Positions 1 through 9,730 are shown, counted from the stretch's first letter. The stretch is DNA of 64,000 bases from Thermodesulfobacteriota bacterium (GCA_963422265.1 OY729416.1:544001-608000), one strand, 5' to 3'. Numbers and translations are program-made. Notes: generated from the sequence alone by a model not told the origin.

Positions 1-797
1 ATATAGACTGTATTGTCACTGTTGGCATAGACCGAAAAATCGGCGATGGAGATGGTGTCTTCAATTATCTTCGCAATCATATGCGATTCGGGTACTTCTA
101 TATTTTCATCGCTTGAGGTGGGCTCGTAGATTGGCAGATCAATTTCAATATTATCCATCCCTGGGCTGAAAACCATCTTATCCGTTGAGTACCGCGCTCC
201 GCCGTATTCAAGCGTTATAGAGTAGCTTCTATCCCACGGCAGATCGTCGAACATAAAATTTCCATTCTTATCTGTTTTTACGCTTCTCTGAGCAGTGGGT
301 TTATCGCCCATGAAGAAATTAAGAAATACTTCAACATCGGGTGCTTTCTCGCCGAGTGTTTTATTTATGGCGGTTCCTTTAATTATTCCTTTTGACGTAG
401 CTTCCCGAGAAGTTTTTACGGACAAAAGGTAGTCAGCTATCTTTTCTGCTACGGCAGGGGCTACGTTAAGTGGAGGCATTTGAGGGTATCCTTCGTTTAT
501 GGGCACTTTACCCCTCGATTGATAGATTAACTGCGGGTTTTCAATCCATTTTACTATCTCTTCTCTTGAATATCTGTTTTCTACTCCGAATAAGTCTGGC
601 CCCACAAACCTTCCCCTTCCTATCGTATGACACCTAACGCACTTATGCTGTATGAAAAGTTCTTTTCCCGACGGAGAAGCGTGTTTTTTTTCCTCCTCAG
701 CCACAAGAGGTTGTATGGCAAAGAGGTTTAAGCACAATGCCAACAATAAGATTAAAACAGAGGTTTGTTGCCTAAGCGTGTTTGTAATTCTAGTCAT
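1..797 (-). CDS. Secreted monoheme cytochrome c fused to a beta-rich (carboxypeptidase-regulatory-like) domain; 3' end lies outside the window
   Basis: Not in the ORF track because it is partial. Manual translation from ATG 797 gives a signal peptide, CVRCH heme motif at 641-627, GPDL, a putative Met ligand (PQMPP), then GIIKGTAINKT...TDKNGNFMFDDLP. Confidence 0.8.
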   Translation of the reverse strand, partial: MTRITNTLRQQTSVLILLLALCLNLFAIQPLVAEEEKKHASPSGKELFIQHKCVRCHTIGRGRFVGPDLFGVENRYSREEIVKWIENPQLIYQSRGKVPINEGYPQMPPLNVAPAVAEKIADYLLSVKTSREATSKGIIKGTAINKTLGEKAPDVEVFLNFFMGDKPTAQRSVKTDKNGNFMFDDLPWDRSYSITLEYGGARYSTDKMVFSPGMDNIEIDLPIYEPTSSDENIEVPESHMIAKIIEDTISIADFSVYANSDNTVY

Positions 798-892
798 CTT
801 CTAGATCAATCTGGCATTGTGAACCAAATATCCTCTTGTCTATGCGAGGCGCTAAGCTACAGCTAAGACACGTGTTTTGTATTGAAGCATGC

Positions 893-1222
893 CTAGCTTT
901 CTCTATAGTCCCGCCCTTTATTTATATTGTCAATTTCCTTTAGCGTCTTCGATGCTTCGAGCTTATATTGTTCTGCTAACTCCTTGTAATCTTTAAGGGA
1001 TAGCTTTCCTAAGCTATAATCAAACTCTATATCTTTTATTGCGGTATAGAGAGACTCTTTACGGTCTTTAAGTATTCTCAATTTATTAGAAATAGGGCTA
1101 TCTTGAACTTCTTGAGCACTTTTGTCCGTTTTGTCCTCACGTTTATGACCAACTGATAGGAAGGGTAGTGATATAAAAAGAGCTACTCCTCCTGCTATAA
1201 TGAAGATTAGTATTGTTTCCAC
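893..1222 (-). CDS. Small membrane-anchored protein, CcmI N-terminal-like
   Basis: Likely GTG start at 1222 behind AAGGGA. TM helix followed by KESLYTAIKDIEFDYSLGKLSLKDYKELAEQYK, typical of CcmI-like proteins in ccm clusters. Confidence 0.65.
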   Translation of the reverse strand: METILIFIIAGGVALFISLPFLSVGHKREDKTDKSAQEVQDSPISNKLRILKDRKESLYTAIKDIEFDYSLGKLSLKDYKELAEQYKLEASKTLKEIDNINKGRDYRES

Positions 1223-1322
1223 AAGCTTATATCCCTTTAATCTAAATAAAGAACCCGTCAGTTGAGAAGTTACTACACACTTCTCTCTTTGCCAATCGCG
1301 TGTGACTGTGGCGTGCCTCTTT

Positions 1323-3272
1323 CTATTCTCTTCTTGAGCTAGGATATATTGTAACAATTGCTCCTAGAAGGATTACAATACCACCTGCCCATATCCAACT
1401 TACCATTGGGTTTATAAACACCCTGAATGTAGCTTTATCATCGTGTGTGAAATTAGTTAGTATTATGTAAACGTCGTCCGTTAACGTAGATAGTAACGCG
1501 ACCTCAGTTTCCTGGTTTATTTCACGATTACCTTCGTATTTATATATGTTCTTCTCGGCAGTGAGGGTCGTCATCTCTTTTCCCTGTTTATAAGCTACAA
1601 GTTCCGCCGCTGTTGCGTCTTTGGCCCCCGTGGAGTAGCGTTTAAGGTTCTCATATTTAATCGTATAGTCCCTTATTTGGAGCGCCTCGCCTCGCCCAAG
1701 AGTCGCTTTTCTTTCAGTTGCAAACACCGAAGAGGCTGTTATGCCAATTACGATAAGCACAACGCCTATATGGACTATGTATCCTCCGTATCTCCTCTTA
1801 TTTCTTGATACTAGGCGAACGAGTGCTAGTAATGCATTCTCTCCCCTTTTGCTTCTTACCCTAACCCCTCTATAGAATTCAATAAATACCGTTGTAGTTA
1901 CAAAGGTGCACAATGTAAAGGCTAGTATCGCCTTAACCTCTCTTATCCCTATAGCTGTAAGTATAACCACGGTAATCAATCCCATTAAAATAGGATAAAG
2001 GAAGTTCTTAAAAAGATTTTCCTTTGACGCTTTTCTCCACGAGATTAAGGGTGCTACACCCATAAGTAATATAAGTAAGAGACCTATTGGAACGTTTACG
2101 TGATTAAAGTAAGGAGAGCCTACTAGTATTTTATTGCCTGTTAAAGCCTCTGAAACTATAGGAAAAATAGTTCCTAGAAGCACAGCGAACGCCGCGCCTA
2201 AGAATAACAGGTTATTTAATATAAAAGCGCTCTCGCGCGATAGTATTGAATCGAAGCGGTTTTCTGACTCGATGTCTTTTAACCTATAAATAAACATGCC
2301 AAAGGAGAAGAGAAGTATAAACGCTATAAATCCAAGGAATAAAGGTCCTATATCGGATTGAGCGAATGAATGGACTGATGAGACAATTCCGCTTCTAGTA
2401 AGGAACGTGCCGAATATAGAAAGAAAGAAAGTGATTATTATAAGGCTCATATTCCATTTCTTGAGCATGCCTCTTTTCTCTTGGATCATAACGGAGTGAA
2501 GAAAAGCCGTTCCCGTAAGCCAGGGCATAAAGGCGGCGTTTTCAACAGGGTCCCATGCCCAATACCCCCCCCAGCCGAGCTCAAGATAAGCCCATCTAGC
2601 CCCTAGGAGAAGACCGATACTGAGAAACGTCCATGTTAGCATCGTCCATTTTCTCGAATATGTGACCCATTCATCTCCTAATTTTCCGCTCAGAAGCGCT
2701 CCCATTCCGAAGGCGAAGGGAACTGTAACACCTACATAGCCCAGATAAAGGGCAACGGGATGAATAGCCATGTAAGCGTTCTGGAGAATAGGATTAAGCC
2801 CCCTTCCTTCTTGTGGGGTAAAGGGGAGTTTCTGAAACGGGTTTTCTACAAAAGCTATTATAAAAATGAAGAAGATAGATACTGCCGTGAGCGTTGCGAG
2901 CACGTAGGGCATTAGTTGTCTTGATCTGTTTCTATTTTGGATAACGACTACAGACGTATATATTGAAAGTACTAGACACCAAAGTAGAAGGGAGCCTGCC
3001 TGTCCAGCCCAGAGGGATGTAAAACGGTAGATTTTCGAAAGGTCAGTGCTGGTATTCAGCGCTACGTATTTTAGGCTAAAGTCTAGGCTGATTAAGGAAT
3101 TAAGGAGGGCTATCGTAGCTATAAGCAATAGAGCGCATACCGCTATTGCCCCATTCTCTGCACTCTTTATGAAGTCTTTTCTTTGAGACTTTGCGCCGTA
3201 TAAAGAAGCGAAAAGCACGTAAGTGGAAATTGCAAACGCAAGTAGTATAGAGATACTGCCGGTCTCAACCAT
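1323..3272 (-). CDS. ccmF: Cytochrome c heme lyase CcmF
   Basis: WGGYWAWDPVEN (WWD) motif, IHP and SVHSF motifs, multiple TM helices. Confidence 0.97.
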   Translation of the reverse strand: MVETGSISILLAFAISTYVLFASLYGAKSQRKDFIKSAENGAIAVCALLLIATIALLNSLISLDFSLKYVALNTSTDLSKIYRFTSLWAGQAGSLLLWCLVLSIYTSVVVIQNRNRSRQLMPYVLATLTAVSIFFIFIIAFVENPFQKLPFTPQEGRGLNPILQNAYMAIHPVALYLGYVGVTVPFAFGMGALLSGKLGDEWVTYSRKWTMLTWTFLSIGLLLGARWAYLELGWGGYWAWDPVENAAFMPWLTGTAFLHSVMIQEKRGMLKKWNMSLIIITFFLSIFGTFLTRSGIVSSVHSFAQSDIGPLFLGFIAFILLFSFGMFIYRLKDIESENRFDSILSRESAFILNNLLFLGAAFAVLLGTIFPIVSEALTGNKILVGSPYFNHVNVPIGLLLILLMGVAPLISWRKASKENLFKNFLYPILMGLITVVILTAIGIREVKAILAFTLCTFVTTTVFIEFYRGVRVRSKRGENALLALVRLVSRNKRRYGGYIVHIGVVLIVIGITASSVFATERKATLGRGEALQIRDYTIKYENLKRYSTGAKDATAAELVAYKQGKEMTTLTAEKNIYKYEGNREINQETEVALLSTLTDDVYIILTNFTHDDKATFRVFINPMVSWIWAGGIVILLGAIVTIYPSSRRE

Positions 3273-3688
3273 TAATAAGAATCTTCCTTTTCATAGAGAG
3301 CACTTGCGTCTTCATACTTTGTAGGACACTTAGCTAAAAGCGTATCTGCCTCAAACATTTTCTCTTTCGTGTATATACCTTCAACTACCGCCTCGACTTC
3401 GTCCGCGAATATATCAGGAACAATACCGTTATACGCTACGTTAATCGTTTCAATGGAATCCGTGATTTGAAACCGAATTGAGCCGACGTCATCCTCAACT
3501 ATGGTATCGGGAACAACTACTCCCGATACCCTTACCCTTGCCTTGTGAACCTGAGGCACCCTTTCTACAAGCTCTTCAATACTTAGATAATAAACCATTG
3601 CTTCTTTAGCTCCACTATAAACTAAATAGCTTATCGTTAGCGTTATCACGCATATCGCTATAGCAAATTTTAGTTTTCCCTTTAGCAT
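3272..3688 (-). CDS. ccmE: Heme chaperone CcmE, CxxxY variant
   Basis: N-terminal TM, RVSGVV, YNGIVPDIF, LLAKCPTKY. Confidence 0.93.
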   Translation of the reverse strand: MLKGKLKFAIAICVITLTISYLVYSGAKEAMVYYLSIEELVERVPQVHKARVRVSGVVVPDTIVEDDVGSIRFQITDSIETINVAYNGIVPDIFADEVEAVVEGIYTKEKMFEADTLLAKCPTKYEDASALYEKEDSY

Positions 3689-3737
3689 AGCTTAAATTCT
3701 CTTCGTGTCCCTTTTTCTGCAACGAACGCCAAAAATG

Positions 3738-4385
3738 TTATTTTAGCAAGTCAAGTTCTTTGTTAAGCTTTCTATTTTTTCTTAGTAGATCATAAATATA
3801 GATTAACAGTACTATCCAAACAACCGAATGTCCCCAGAATAAATAGTCTAGCCTTAGTGGGTGAGTATGCAATACGATATCATCAATCCACACTCTACCC
3901 TTGCCGTCCACAACCATATTAAGATTTATACTCTCTGGATTCATCCCTTTATCGATATAAAGTAGAGTGTCCACTGATTTCCAATCAGTTGTTCCTGTGA
4001 GGGGGACTCTAGGACCCCGAGCTATGAGTTCCTCCCCATCTGCAAAACGCACTACCATTTCAATGTATGCAATCCCTTTGTTATTGTGACCACTTATAAG
4101 GTTTTGCACTCGCATCTTGGCTTTGTATTTAACTCTAGTGTTACCAACGTCTATGTCAGTCAGCTTATAAAGCTCAACCCTTGTAAAACCTTGGGATTCG
4201 AGCGATAGAGAGCCATTACCATCGGTTGTGTTTTCGGTGTCCAAAGACACTACGGACTTTGCTACTAATTCGTAGCGAGAGGAAATCGGCAATTCCCAGT
4301 ATCCCTCTTGAACCGCGGAGCTATAACCACATCCTATCAACGTGATCAGAATAGATACGGATAATACTGTTAAGCTTATTTGCAT
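3738..4385 (-). CDS. Putative lipoprotein with beta-sandwich domain and C-terminal CcmD-like helix
   Basis: Lipobox-like LIGC; beta-rich middle (GTTDWK, GRVWIDDI); C-terminal YLFWGHSVVWIVLLIYIYDLLRKNRKLNKEL; occupies the ccmD position between ccmC and ccmE. Confidence 0.6.
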   Translation of the reverse strand: MQISLTVLSVSILITLIGCGYSSAVQEGYWELPISSRYELVAKSVVSLDTENTTDGNGSLSLESQGFTRVELYKLTDIDVGNTRVKYKAKMRVQNLISGHNNKGIAYIEMVVRFADGEELIARGPRVPLTGTTDWKSVDTLLYIDKGMNPESINLNMVVDGKGRVWIDDIVLHTHPLRLDYLFWGHSVVWIVLLIYIYDLLRKNRKLNKELDLLK

Positions 4386-4421
4386 GTTTAGGGCAACAAT
4401 CCGAGTCTAATTATAAGATAT

Positions 4422-5087
4422 TTAACGTTCGCTTAGCTTTAGCTTCTCCAGCTTATCGCTCATTCGCATAAGGTCTAATCGCTCTATAAGCAATAGAAGA
4501 AACAAAAGGGAAAACGCTAGCATACTTACAAGCAGCGCGTTCATCATCTCAGGAGCAATACCTCCCCCGCCTGGACCGAATACTACCGGCGATATACCTC
4601 TCATCACCCTAACGGACATATATACTAAGGGAAGATCAATAAAAGCTATTATTGCGAATATAGCTGCGTATTTTGACTTTTTGGCATCATTCCCTGCCGA
4701 GGAGTGCAAAATGAGATAAACTATATAGAGAATCCAAAGTATAAAGGTCGTTGTCAACTGAGGATCCCACGTCCACCACGTGCCCCAGATGGGTTTAGCC
4801 CATATACTACCTGTTATTATTGTGATAGTGAGGAATAATACGCCGAGTTCGGCTGAACAGTAGGCAAGCGTATCCCACTTGCGCGACGATTTCCAAAGGT
4901 GCATAATGCTTGAAACAAAAACAATTATGAATCCTATGGTGGCGACCCATACCGAGCCTATATGAAAGTAAAAGATCCTTTGTATATGTCCCATTTTAGT
5001 TTCTGTAGGGGCATATATAAAAGCCATATACATTGCAGCCAGCATCGCTACGAAAGTTGAGATAACCAGTATTGCTCTGTTTCTAAT
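4422..5087 (-). CDS. ccmC: Heme exporter CcmC
   Basis: RIFYFH and WAKPIWGTWWTWDP motifs. The ORF-track ATG is at 5045; an in-frame ATT at 5087 sits 7 nt after AGGAG and is proposed as the start. Confidence 0.93.
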   Translation of the reverse strand: MRNRAILVISTFVAMLAAMYMAFIYAPTETKMGHIQRIFYFHIGSVWVATIGFIIVFVSSIMHLWKSSRKWDTLAYCSAELGVLFLTITIITGSIWAKPIWGTWWTWDPQLTTTFILWILYIVYLILHSSAGNDAKKSKYAAIFAIIAFIDLPLVYMSVRVMRGISPVVFGPGGGGIAPEMMNALLVSMLAFSLLFLLLLIERLDLMRMSDKLEKLKLSER

Positions 5088-5106
5088 TAGCGTTCTCCTA
5101 TATTTA

Positions 5107-5775
5107 TTATTCTTCCACTACGTATTCGAATGCCACTGCGCACACTGTAATAAAAATTATATCAAATGCTATAAGGAGCTTTAAGGCGGAGGGAGCTGAG
5201 AATATTGACTCCCCCTTCAATATGGTGCTGCTTAGCTTAACTGCACTAACGATAAGTGGAATTACTATTGGAAAGGTGAGTATGGGAAGCAGCACTTCTC
5301 TTAGTTTTGTATTTAGTGCTATAGCGGAGAAAAGGGTACCCACGGCGACGAAACCTAGCGAGCCCAGGAATATGATGGGCATCAAAGGCAATAGAGATTG
5401 CGCGAAGCTAAAGTTAAAAAATAAAATAAACATCGGTATCATAATTACGCCTACGATAAAAACGAAAATCGTGTTGCTGATCAGTTTCCCAAAGTATATA
5501 AGGCTTCTATCTGTAGGCGTAAGCAAAATCCCTAGTATAGCACCACCCTCCTTTTCAAGAGCAAAAGAACGACTCAGACCAAGTATGCCTGCAAATGTAA
5601 ATGCTATCCATAACATTGCCGGGGCAGCTAGATTGATTATTTCTACGGAAAACCCGAAAGCAAAACTAAATATTACTATCACGAGCAGGGTAAAGGTAAG
5701 CATAGAAGTAAATAACTCCTTGGTTCTCAGCTCGGTTACAACGTCCTTAGATACAATCGCCCACAGTTTTTTCAT
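5107..5775 (-). CDS. ccmB: Heme exporter permease CcmB
   Basis: KDVVTELR, RSFALEKEGG, REVLLPILTFP; about 6 TM helices. Confidence 0.93.
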   Translation of the reverse strand: MKKLWAIVSKDVVTELRTKELFTSMLTFTLLVIVIFSFAFGFSVEIINLAAPAMLWIAFTFAGILGLSRSFALEKEGGAILGILLTPTDRSLIYFGKLISNTIFVFIVGVIMIPMFILFFNFSFAQSLLPLMPIIFLGSLGFVAVGTLFSAIALNTKLREVLLPILTFPIVIPLIVSAVKLSSTILKGESIFSAPSALKLLIAFDIIFITVCAVAFEYVVEE

Positions 5776-5974
5776 GGCTTATATGCGGCAAAAAGATTTA
5801 TTATAACAGATTGAGATTAGGTGGTATTGAAATCAGCACAAAGGGCGGTAATCAAAAAGCTTAGCAACGCCTATTATGTCCAAAGAAATTGGTATGACTT
5901 GCTGAGATGTAACTTTTATAGATCATCTTCAAACCTCACGTTTTTTTAATCTTTTAATTGTCAATGTATTTCTC

Positions 5975-6742
5975 CTAATCAACTATTTTGCAACGGGCTG
6001 AAGTAATTAAGCAAATACTGTTATAGTTATCAGCAGTCTCAAAACCGAATAGCCATATGAGGTAATTCTCATCCCTTTTCTCGAAAAAGATCAAATCAAC
6101 CGGTTTATCCGTGTGCCGTTGCCACTGGCGGAATGGGTAATACATCTGCCGGATTATCACGTTGTCAGTTGAAGAATTCTTTGCTTCAACTAACAAAATT
6201 CTATTTCTACCTTCATATCCAGCATCAACCTCTGTCTGAACGCTCCTTACATTAAGAGTTTGCCTATATTTGCCAACCGAGAATGAAAATTCAGGAGTGT
6301 ATTTGCGCCCACGTATAGTCAAGATGAGCGTGTCATCATCCATAAAACTACGAATTAAACTTGTGGCATAAGCATAGTCCAAGTGCTGCATCTCAGAATT
6401 GCCAATATTCGTAGTATCGGGAGAAAAGGAGAGTTTTGATTTATAAATGATAAATTCGCTCTTTATATCTGGAATCTCAACGTAGCCTTCCCCTTCAATA
6501 ATAACGTACTCACCATTTTTGATTGGAAGTATAAAAAGACCATTTTCTCTAAAAACTTCAGGACGATCCTCACGAGAATCCTGCTTGCATAAAATACGGA
6601 CTTCCTTGTCTGAGGTTTGAGTGAACCCCTGACAGGACTTTTTTATTTGAGCACTGGTGATACTGAAAGGAGAATGCGAGAAGTCATGGTTTGTAATATC
6701 ATAATCTCTAAAAATTTTCCGCCATGATCTATCCGAAGTCAT
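5975..6742 (-). CDS. Putative type II restriction endonuclease (PD-(D/E)xK fold)
   Basis: QTEVDAGYE...LVEAK...RQMYYP motif; directly downstream of a DNA methyltransferase. Confidence 0.75.
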   Translation of the reverse strand: MTSDRSWRKIFRDYDITNHDFSHSPFSITSAQIKKSCQGFTQTSDKEVRILCKQDSREDRPEVFRENGLFILPIKNGEYVIIEGEGYVEIPDIKSEFIIYKSKLSFSPDTTNIGNSEMQHLDYAYATSLIRSFMDDDTLILTIRGRKYTPEFSFSVGKYRQTLNVRSVQTEVDAGYEGRNRILLVEAKNSSTDNVIIRQMYYPFRQWQRHTDKPVDLIFFEKRDENYLIWLFGFETADNYNSICLITSARCKIVD

Positions 6743-6754
6743 AGGAGTGATCTC

Positions 6755-7639
6755 TTACAGATCTGCGAACATACTATCAAAATAGGTTTCTTTCTCTTCC
6801 TTTAAGATAAACTTGCCCGTGTTTAGTTTTCCCTGGTCTAAAACATCCTCAATCCTCTTGACCGCCATACTACATAAGTAATCCTTCTCAGAATCAATTC
6901 CAACAAATCTCCTGTTGTGTTGTAAAGCTGCCACCCCAGTAGTAGCGCTCCCACAGAAAGGATCAAGAACTATATCTCCCTCATCACTGCAAGCCAGTAT
7001 GATTCTTTCTAAAAGTGCCTCCGGCTTTTGGGTTGGATGTTTTCCATATTTCTTTTCACTCGTTTTAGGGGTGTTGATAGCCCATAGGCTACGCATCTGT
7101 TTCCCAGGTTTCTTTATAAAATCTCCTTCCCATTTTGCCTTCTTTACAAATTCATAATTAAACTTATGCCTTGCCTTCTTTGTCTTACGTGCCCAGAGTA
7201 AAGTCTCATGACTTGCGGCAAACATTCGACAGGCAAGATTAGGAGCTGCATTCGGCTTATACCAGCATATCTCGTTAAGCAAATGCCAACCTTGACTCTG
7301 CAATGCAAAACCGCAAGCGTATATGGAGTGATACGTTCCAGAAACCCACAAAGTGCCATTAGGCTTTAAAGCTCTGTAACATGCTTCGATCCAATTGTAA
7401 TGAAATTTATAGTCCTCGTCTATTCCCCTGCTTTTATCCCATTCTCCCTTATCTACGCTGACCCGTTTTCCCGCATGACAGGTAAAGCCGCCATTTGAAA
7501 GATTGTATGGGGGGTCCGCAAAAACTAAATCAATACTCTCATCAGGAAGCTCATTGATAATATCTATCGCGTCGCCATTAAATAACCTGACGTTTTCCGC
7601 TTTATAATAAGCCTTTGTATTCTTACGAGAGAGCTGCAC
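6755..7639 (-). CDS. Beta-class N6-adenine DNA methyltransferase, DpnA-like
   Basis: DPPY precedes HPTQKP and DPFCGSATT; LSNGGFTCHAGKRVSVDKGEWD segment resembles DpnA/M2.MboI-type GATC methylases. Confidence 0.9.
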   Translation of the reverse strand: MQLSRKNTKAYYKAENVRLFNGDAIDIINELPDESIDLVFADPPYNLSNGGFTCHAGKRVSVDKGEWDKSRGIDEDYKFHYNWIEACYRALKPNGTLWVSGTYHSIYACGFALQSQGWHLLNEICWYKPNAAPNLACRMFAASHETLLWARKTKKARHKFNYEFVKKAKWEGDFIKKPGKQMRSLWAINTPKTSEKKYGKHPTQKPEALLERIILACSDEGDIVLDPFCGSATTGVAALQHNRRFVGIDSEKDYLCSMAVKRIEDVLDQGKLNTGKFILKEEKETYFDSMFADL

Positions 7640-7950
7640 TTTTTAACCAGCTTTTATTTAGGTTATTTATCTCAATTCTTTCTCTATCTATATTCATTGT
7701 AACTAACTTAGGGTCAAGCGATCGTAATGGATTCTCTACAATGAATCAACTATTGACTCTTTAACTTTCAAACTCAACAATACCAAAAGCCAGTGTGCTC
7801 AAGCTCGTTATTATTATTCATAAGATGCTACACCACCTTGTGATATAATGTGTTAGAAACATACGTAATCTTGTAGTCTCGCTTTGCCTCAATATCTTTG
7901 TGTCTCTTTTCATAGCTTATCACTATCCTATTGTGCATACGACTTAACTC

Positions 7951-8691
7951 TTACAAGGCATTTGAGTACCCTACCTTCAAAGCATAGATTTCCTTAAAAC
8001 CCTTCTTATCTATCTTATCGTTTGCGGCATCATATATAATTCGTCCATTGGCAAGTATCCCTACCCTGTTACTCAGTTCAATTCCCTCCTCAATTCTATG
8101 AGTTGTCATTAAAATTGTCTTCCCCTCATACTTTAGCCGCTCCAGCATACCTCTAAATACTTCGGCTCCATGATGATCCAGACCAGCGTAAGGTTCGTCT
8201 AAAAGTAATACCGATGGGTTATTAACCATCGCACGTGCTACTGCTAGGCGCTGCTTCATGCCGCGGGAAAAAGTGCGCACAAGATCATATCGCCTATTTT
8301 CAAGACCCACTTGCCCGATTAGGCTAACAGCTCTTTCCTCTGAACAAGCAATTCCATACATGGACAGGAAGAATTTTATATTCTCATACGCGTTTAAGTT
8401 ATCGTATAAGTAAGGGTCATGTGATATGAAGCCTATAGATCTCCTCACATCATCCGCCCTTTTTTTTGCGTTAAAGCCATTTATTTCAAGCACTCCCGAG
8501 GAGGGTTTTGTAAGGGTAGATAGTATTTTGACCAAAGTGGTTTTTCCAGCCCCGTTAGGTCCAAACAAGGTAAAAAATTCGCCCTTCTTTATCTCTAAAT
8601 TAACGTTACGAAGAACCTCAAAATTACCAAAGGATTTTCTAACCCCACGGGCAACTATAGCCAATTCTCCTATTTCTATGGAATCACGCAT
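7951..8691 (-). CDS. ccmA: Heme exporter ATP-binding protein CcmA
   Basis: Walker A GPNGAGKT, FSRGMKQR signature, LLLDEP; upstream of ccmB on the same strand. Confidence 0.85.
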   Translation of the reverse strand: MRDSIEIGELAIVARGVRKSFGNFEVLRNVNLEIKKGEFFTLFGPNGAGKTTLVKILSTLTKPSSGVLEINGFNAKKRADDVRRSIGFISHDPYLYDNLNAYENIKFFLSMYGIACSEERAVSLIGQVGLENRRYDLVRTFSRGMKQRLAVARAMVNNPSVLLLDEPYAGLDHHGAEVFRGMLERLKYEGKTILMTTHRIEEGIELSNRVGILANGRIIYDAANDKIDKKGFKEIYALKVGYSNAL

Positions 8692-8692
8692 A

Positions 8693-9730
8693 TTACTGAA
8701 GGAGATTTAAGAGAGCTTTGGTGCCGCCTATATTTCTGACCCAATCACCAAGTTTTTCCATTCCCTTGCCCATATCTATGTCTGGAGCATAACCTAGCTC
8801 CTTTTTAGCTTTCTCAATGCTGTAGCTTCTACTCCCTGCAAGGACGGCTACCGCCATTCTGGTCAACACAGGAGGGTGATTTACGTTTAGCGTTTTATAT
8901 ATAAGTTCCAATACAGCAGCTACCGTATATGCCAATCTATAAGGAATAGAGAAACCCGGCGACCATTCGATTCCCGAAGCGTGGAGCTGTTTCTTAATAA
9001 AGTCCATGTAAGAGATTTTAACGCCGTCGTTTATGAAGTAGATGTTACCGGGTGCGTTCTTACTTATGGAACATAACAACAGCGCCTGAACTAAATTTTC
9101 CACGAGACACGGCGTGACCGTCCTAGAGCTCGATCCCATTGGATGTAAGAAACCTTTATTAGCAGCCTTCACTATGCGCGGTAAGATTACTGTATCACCT
9201 GCTCCCCAGACGTTTGAGGGTCTTACTACAACCGTCTCAAGCCCCTTTTGTTTATAGAACTCGAGCACTGATCTTTCGGCGTCGGCTTTAGAAGCGTTAT
9301 AAAAATCGTTATATTCCTCGCAGTATGGAAACGTTTCATCAACGTCAACTAGGTTGTGGACTCCCCACAAATCTGATTTCCATATAACAGTGGAAGAGCT
9401 CATGTGAACGAATCTCTTGAGTCCTAACCTAAGAGATGCCTCCAAGAGCGTTTGGGTTGCTTTAACGTTATATTTATGGAAGTCCTCTTTCGAACCCCAG
9501 TCGCTAACTAAAGCGGCCAGGTGGAACAAAACGTCTCCTCCATCAGGTATTTTCTTTAAAACCTCCGTATCGCCTAAATCCCCCTCGCACAGCTCGACGC
9601 CGAGCGATAACAGCTTTCTAGTATCGCTCGTGCTTCTTACTAGACACCTAACTTGATAGCCGCTTGCGACAAGTGCTTCTACCAGTTTTCCCCCTATAAA
9701 TCCTGTCCCACCAGTAACGATTGCTACCAT
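8693..9730 (-). CDS. NAD-dependent epimerase/dehydratase (3-beta-HSD-like extended SDR)
   Basis: TGGTGFIG, HLAA, YNASK catalytic motif. Confidence 0.88.
   Translation of the reverse strand: MVAIVTGGTGFIGGKLVEALVASGYQVRCLVRSTSDTRKLLSLGVELCEGDLGDTEVLKKIPDGGDVLFHLAALVSDWGSKEDFHKYNVKATQTLLEASLRLGLKRFVHMSSSTVIWKSDLWGVHNLVDVDETFPYCEEYNDFYNASKADAERSVLEFYKQKGLETVVVRPSNVWGAGDTVILPRIVKAANKGFLHPMGSSSRTVTPCLVENLVQALLLCSISKNAPGNIYFINDGVKISYMDFIKKQLHASGIEWSPGFSIPYRLAYTVAAVLELIYKTLNVNHPPVLTRMAVAVLAGSRSYSIEKAKKELGYAPDIDMGKGMEKLGDWVRNIGGTKALLNLLQ

Noticed and set aside
1223-1357. N-terminal extension of ORF 893-1357
   Set aside because: Overlaps the ccmF end; GTG 1222 with an SD gives a proper TM start.
5222-5806. 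Long antisense ORFs (also 24916-25422, 34345-34995, 44544-44987, 50416-51045 and other short ones)
   Set aside because: Shadows of well-supported genes on the opposite strand, with no recognisable motifs.
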